Part shown: positions 15,675 to 19,186 of the stretch, in pieces | Layout of the letters: each line of letters starts with the position of its first letter | How positions within the stretch are numbered: position 1 is the stretch's first letter | NCBI GenBank assembly: GCA_031411295.1 | Contig: JANOAV010000094.1 | Location: 1-19,186, forward strand | DNA length: 19,186 nucleotides | Direction of reading: 5' to 3' | Origin: Verrucomicrobiales bacterium | GTDB lineage: Bacteria; Verrucomicrobiota; Verrucomicrobiia; Verrucomicrobiales; V1-33 | The notes under the pieces: generated by a model | Databases searched by the model: none | Told to the model about the DNA's origin: nothing | What the model saw: only the letters and a program-made list of their open reading frames with translations | Translations under genes and position numbers: made by a program

Positions 15675-17162
15675 TCACTTAATTCTCCCGCGGTAGGAGA
15701 CGGCATACTGGCCTGACACATAGACAATATTCCGTTTTGCGTCCCATGCCCACTGGCCGCGAAGATGGCCGGCGTCGTTGAAATCGATTCTCGCCGCATT
15801 AGTCCACGACTGGCCGGCGTCCCTCGTGATCCACGCGTCGTTGTAACGGCCGTAGTCTCCGCCGTCTCCGACTCGCGTCACGATCATCATTTCCTTTTCG
15901 CTCGCGCCAAAGATGGGGCCTCGATGCACTCTCGGCGAACCCGGAAGGCTCGTGCCGTAGAGACTCCAGCTCTTGCCTCCATCGGTGGAGACGATCGTGC
16001 CTTCCTTCGCCCGGAAGTAGAGGTTGGGGCCGAAGTGAATCAGTTCGCTCTCAAGCGTGAAGTCGGCCACTTTCGTCCATGTGCTCCCGCCATTCGTGCT
16101 CAGAAAGATTCCCGGTGACGTCTGCTTTCCTTTTTCATCCGCCGGTTTCTCCGAACGGATAAGCGTGGTCGCATTCACGAGTCCGACTTTGTAACTCTTG
16201 CTTGCACCGGGCTCACCCAGCGGCGTCGGCAATGGGCTCGACGTCGCGCCGCCGTCCACGCTGAGCAGCAATTCACCCTTCGGCCCGGAGCTGAGGATGA
16301 CCTTCGGCGGCATGGATGTCTCCAGATCCATGTCGATGAAGTTCGCCACTTTCTTGTCGAGGTAGGTCAGGGTCTTGCCGCTGTCGGCGGAAACGGCCAC
16401 GAGACCGCTGAGGCTCAGGGCCACACGACCGGAGCCGTGGAAGACTTTGGCGCCATTCACTTTTTCAAAGCCGTTGCCTTCCACCTTCGACCACGAATCG
16501 CCCTGGTCGGTGCTCTTCCAAGTCCCCATCGCGTGACTGAGGCTTGCCATCACATCGCCGTTAGGCAGCAGGACGAGCGGCCCGTAGCCCAGATTGGAAT
16601 AGTGATAGATGCCCTTCATGCCGAGGTCGAGCTTCCGCATGAGTTCGTAATTAATCGGCTCCCAAATCCCGGCCTTCATGGATTGCGCGGGTTCGCCAAA
16701 CTTCGGCTTGGCCGTAGGCGGGGGAAGTGGGCCGGGCGGTGGAGCGACCGCCTTCGCCACAGGGTCCAAGGCTGCGAGCGTCTTCGCGCGGTAGATGTCG
16801 TAGGTTTTCCCAGCCTCGACCTTCTCCACGCGCTCCCAGGTCACCGTCGCCTTCTGGTCTTTCTGGATGGTTTCAAACGTTGTCGGAACGCCGTTAAGCG
16901 TAACGACCGTCGTTGGCAGCAGACGGAACTGATACTCGTTGATATCCCCCCACGCCTTGCCGCCCGGCTTCGCCCCACGGACTTGGAAAACTTGTGCTTC
17001 GACTTCGACATTCTTGATGACGCCAAAAACCGTGCCCTCTTTCGGCGGGCCGTTCATCTCAGTCGGAGCAGCAGATTCCGCGGCGGTCGCCGCGAATGGC
17101 AGCACGATGGCGGTTATCAGAATGGCGACACGCGCCGAAAGAAAAGCCGTTCCCGGTTTCAT
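15675..17162 (-). CDS. Secreted Asp-box beta-propeller protein, paralogue 1, with an N-terminal small beta-barrel (OB/DUF5666-like) and a Pro-rich linker
   Basis: Signal peptide, then GVIKNVEVEAQVFQV...TTVVTLNG...KATVTWE and the linker APPPGPLPPP. Asp boxes STDQGDSW, SADSGKTL, SVDGGATS, STNGGSTW, STDGGKSW and TRDAGQSW. Confidence 0.82.
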   Translation of the reverse strand: MKPGTAFLSARVAILITAIVLPFAATAAESAAPTEMNGPPKEGTVFGVIKNVEVEAQVFQVRGAKPGGKAWGDINEYQFRLLPTTVVTLNGVPTTFETIQKDQKATVTWERVEKVEAGKTYDIYRAKTLAALDPVAKAVAPPPGPLPPPTAKPKFGEPAQSMKAGIWEPINYELMRKLDLGMKGIYHYSNLGYGPLVLLPNGDVMASLSHAMGTWKSTDQGDSWSKVEGNGFEKVNGAKVFHGSGRVALSLSGLVAVSADSGKTLTYLDKKVANFIDMDLETSMPPKVILSSGPKGELLLSVDGGATSSPLPTPLGEPGASKSYKVGLVNATTLIRSEKPADEKGKQTSPGIFLSTNGGSTWTKVADFTLESELIHFGPNLYFRAKEGTIVSTDGGKSWSLYGTSLPGSPRVHRGPIFGASEKEMMIVTRVGDGGDYGRYNDAWITRDAGQSWTNAARIDFNDAGHLRGQWAWDAKRNIVYVSGQYAVSYRGRIK

Positions 17163-17174
17163 GAGCGATAGAGG

Positions 17175-18503
17175 TTACGCGTTGAAATCAATCCCCGCGC
17201 ACGTGCCGGTGCTGTCGGCGAATTTGTCCGCCTTCATGCCGGTGCGCTGCAGGATGCTGAGGAACAGATTGCTCAGCGGTTTGTTGTGTTTCTTGTCGAG
17301 TTCGACGTGGCCGGCGTGTTTGAACCCGCCGCCCGCGAGCAGGATTGGGAGGTTCTGGCTCATGTGTTGCGCGGCGCTGCCCATGAAGGCGCCGGAGAGG
17401 ATCGAGGTTTTCTCCAGCATGGTTTCGTTGCCTTCCTTCGTCCCCTTCATCTTCACGAGGAAGTCGCGGAAGGCCGCCATCTGCGCCAGTTCATGCACGC
17501 GCAGCATCGCGATTTTTTCCGCCACCATGCTGTGATGTGTGAGATCATGGTGCTCTCTCGTGACGCCGGGGATGTCCGGGCTGGCGGTGCCGCCATCCTG
17601 CACGAAGAGCGTGATGACGCGCGTGGAGTCGGTCTGGAGGACGAGGTGGATCATGTCGAACATCATGCGCATCCGGCCGATGAGCCCGTTGGGGTCGGTG
17701 ATATCGATCGGCGGTTTCGCATCCACTTTCGGCTTCGGCTGCGACGCCCATGCTTCGGTTGCGGCCATTTTCTTTTCCAGATCGCGGATGGAGTCGAAAT
17801 ATTCGGCCAGCTTGTCCTTGTCCGCGTGGCCGACTTTGGAACGGAGCTGCTTCGCCTGCTCGGTCACGGCATCGAGCACGCTGTGGCCGCGCGCAAGCTT
17901 TGCCTGCTGGGCTTTCACCTCGTTGCCTCCGCCGCTGAGGAACAGCCGCGAGAACAGCACCGATGGTTTTCCGATGGCGGGCAGGCCCACGCCGCTCGAC
18001 GTGTAGGACAGGCCTCCGAGCATGCTGCCGCCGCCGTTGAGATCCGTGCTGAGATTGAGATACGGCTCGCGGGTGGTGCCGAGCATGTTGCCGGCGAGCA
18101 CCTGATCCACGGAGACGCTGTTGCGATACACCATTCCGCCCTTCTTCGGCGCTGCGGTGAGGAAGCTCGGTCCCACGTCGTGCCCGCCGATGACGTCCGG
18201 ATGCGAGATGCCGCTGATCACGGTGATATCATCGCGCAGCCCGGCATCCGTGAGCACCTTGAGGTATTCGGATGGCTCGTAATCTTTGCCGACTTTCTCG
18301 GGGAAAAATGAGGGCGGGTGGAAGCCGAGATTGTAGCAGATGGCCAGCATGCGCCGCCCGGTCACGCCCGCGCCCTGGGCGCCCGGAACGGGAGCAGCGA
18401 AAAGGTTCATGGCATCGAGCAGAGGAAGTCCGACCGTGACGCCGGCGGCGCGCAGGAACGACCGACGTGAGATGGAACTGGAGAGGCGGGATGAGGTGTT
18501 CAT
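17175..18503 (-). CDS. Tat-exported DUF1552 (HXXSHH) domain protein
   Basis: Likely start MNTSS, Tat signal SRRSFLRAAGVTVGLPLLDAM, SVSVDQV, DKDKLAEYFDSIRDLE, QTDSTRVIT, HHDLTHH, NLPILLAGG and PLSNLFLSIL. Confidence 0.9.
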   Translation of the reverse strand: MNTSSRLSSSISRRSFLRAAGVTVGLPLLDAMNLFAAPVPGAQGAGVTGRRMLAICYNLGFHPPSFFPEKVGKDYEPSEYLKVLTDAGLRDDITVISGISHPDVIGGHDVGPSFLTAAPKKGGMVYRNSVSVDQVLAGNMLGTTREPYLNLSTDLNGGGSMLGGLSYTSSGVGLPAIGKPSVLFSRLFLSGGGNEVKAQQAKLARGHSVLDAVTEQAKQLRSKVGHADKDKLAEYFDSIRDLEKKMAATEAWASQPKPKVDAKPPIDITDPNGLIGRMRMMFDMIHLVLQTDSTRVITLFVQDGGTASPDIPGVTREHHDLTHHSMVAEKIAMLRVHELAQMAAFRDFLVKMKGTKEGNETMLEKTSILSGAFMGSAAQHMSQNLPILLAGGGFKHAGHVELDKKHNKPLSNLFLSILQRTGMKADKFADSTGTCAGIDFNA

Positions 18504-18519
18504 AGTTGGGTTAGTCGCT

Positions 18520-19186
18520 TTAGTTTCTGGTAAATGTTTCACTCTGCACCACGTCCAGCACCAAGGTCCGGAATCCGTAGTTTTTCTTTTTCACGTCGGC
18601 AACGATCGCGTTGACCGTCGAGCGGTCGGCAAAAGTGAGTTCGCGGCCCAGCGCGTAAACGAGCAGCTTTTCCGTGAGCGCGCGGGCGATCTGATCGCTT
18701 TCGGAAAGGAGCAGCTTTTTGTATTCGTCCACGGCTTTGAAAGTGCGGCCGTCGGGCAGGACATCCGCGGCCTGCACCTCCGAGCCGAGCCGGTATTCCA
18801 CTTTGGGAACCTGCTTCCCCACTTTGCCCATCACGCGATAGTTCGTCCGCCAGCCGCCGAGCACGTCGAAATTCTCCAGCGCGAATCCATGCGGATCGAG
18901 TTTGGCGTGGCAGCTGGCGCACGATGGATCCGCGGCATGCTTGGCCATTTGTTCGCGAATCGTCGTGGTGCCGCGCACGTCGGATTCGATGGCGGCGATG
19001 TTCGGCGGCGGCGGCGAGGGCGGTCTCCCGATGATGCGCTCCAGCACCCATTTCCCGCGATGCACGGGCGAGGTCACCGAGCCGTTCGCGGTTACTTTCA
19101 GCACGCTGGCATGAGTCATCACGCCGCCGCGCATGGTGTCCTTCGGCAACGTCACCTTGCGCATTTCTGCGCCGGCGACGCCGGGG
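18520..19186 (-). CDS. DUF1592/DUF1588/DUF1585 (PSD/PSCyt3) planctomycete-type cytochrome c protein, C-terminal part (5' end outside the window)
   Basis: RGGVMTHASVLKVTANG, TSPVHRGKWVL, PPPP, haem motif CASCH (18907-18921), GFALENFDVLGGWR, KLLVYALGR and VVQSETF. The frame is open to the window end. Confidence 0.9.
   Translation of the reverse strand, partial: PGVAGAEMRKVTLPKDTMRGGVMTHASVLKVTANGSVTSPVHRGKWVLERIIGRPPSPPPPNIAAIESDVRGTTTIREQMAKHAADPSCASCHAKLDPHGFALENFDVLGGWRTNYRVMGKVGKQVPKVEYRLGSEVQAADVLPDGRTFKAVDEYKKLLLSESDQIARALTEKLLVYALGRELTFADRSTVNAIVADVKKKNYGFRTLVLDVVQSETFTRN

Noticed and set aside
13331..17162. Asp-box repeats read as a CRISPR array, DNA tandem repeat or canonical sialidase
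   Set aside because: The repeats are protein-level with degenerate codons and irregular spacing, and no RIP motif is present. No CRISPR, tRNA or rRNA was seen anywhere in the window.
274..18311. Long plus-strand ORFs (274-1389, 1670-3031, 6499-7428, 8523-9245, 13676-14701, 14851-15696, 17286-18311 and others)
   Set aside because: They are antisense shadows of well-supported minus-strand genes in GC-rich DNA and show no recognisable motifs.

Overview
A GC-rich window, most likely from a PVC-superphylum bacterium (probably Verrucomicrobiota, inferred from the DUF1592/DUF1588/DUF1585-DUF1552 pair and the DWG-type kinase). Every credible gene lies on the minus strand. In transcription order (right to left) it holds: the C-terminal part of a PSD/PSCyt mono-haem protein (CASCH), a Tat-exported DUF1552 protein, three paralogous secreted Asp-box (BNR) beta-propellers, a GH39-like and a GH43_24-like glycoside hydrolase, then a 1.8-kb zone of decay. 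That zone contains an 18-aa deletion scar, a GH43::esterase chimera, a nested inverted-repeat element, a nonsense-mutated AbrB-type antitoxin with a VapC-like stub, and an internally deleted EamA transporter. After it come a tandem sialate-O-acetylesterase (SASA/SGNH) protein, a membrane Ser/Thr kinase-like protein lacking its catalytic Asp, a secreted transglutaminase-like Cys-His protein with a CBM-like tail, a REP-like doublet, and a second SASA esterase cut by an IS630-like element at the left edge. Overall it reads as a secreted glycan-processing and de-O-acetylation island with no SusC/D in view, being eroded by short deletions that fuse gene ends. All family assignments come from motif recognition by eye, not from database searches.
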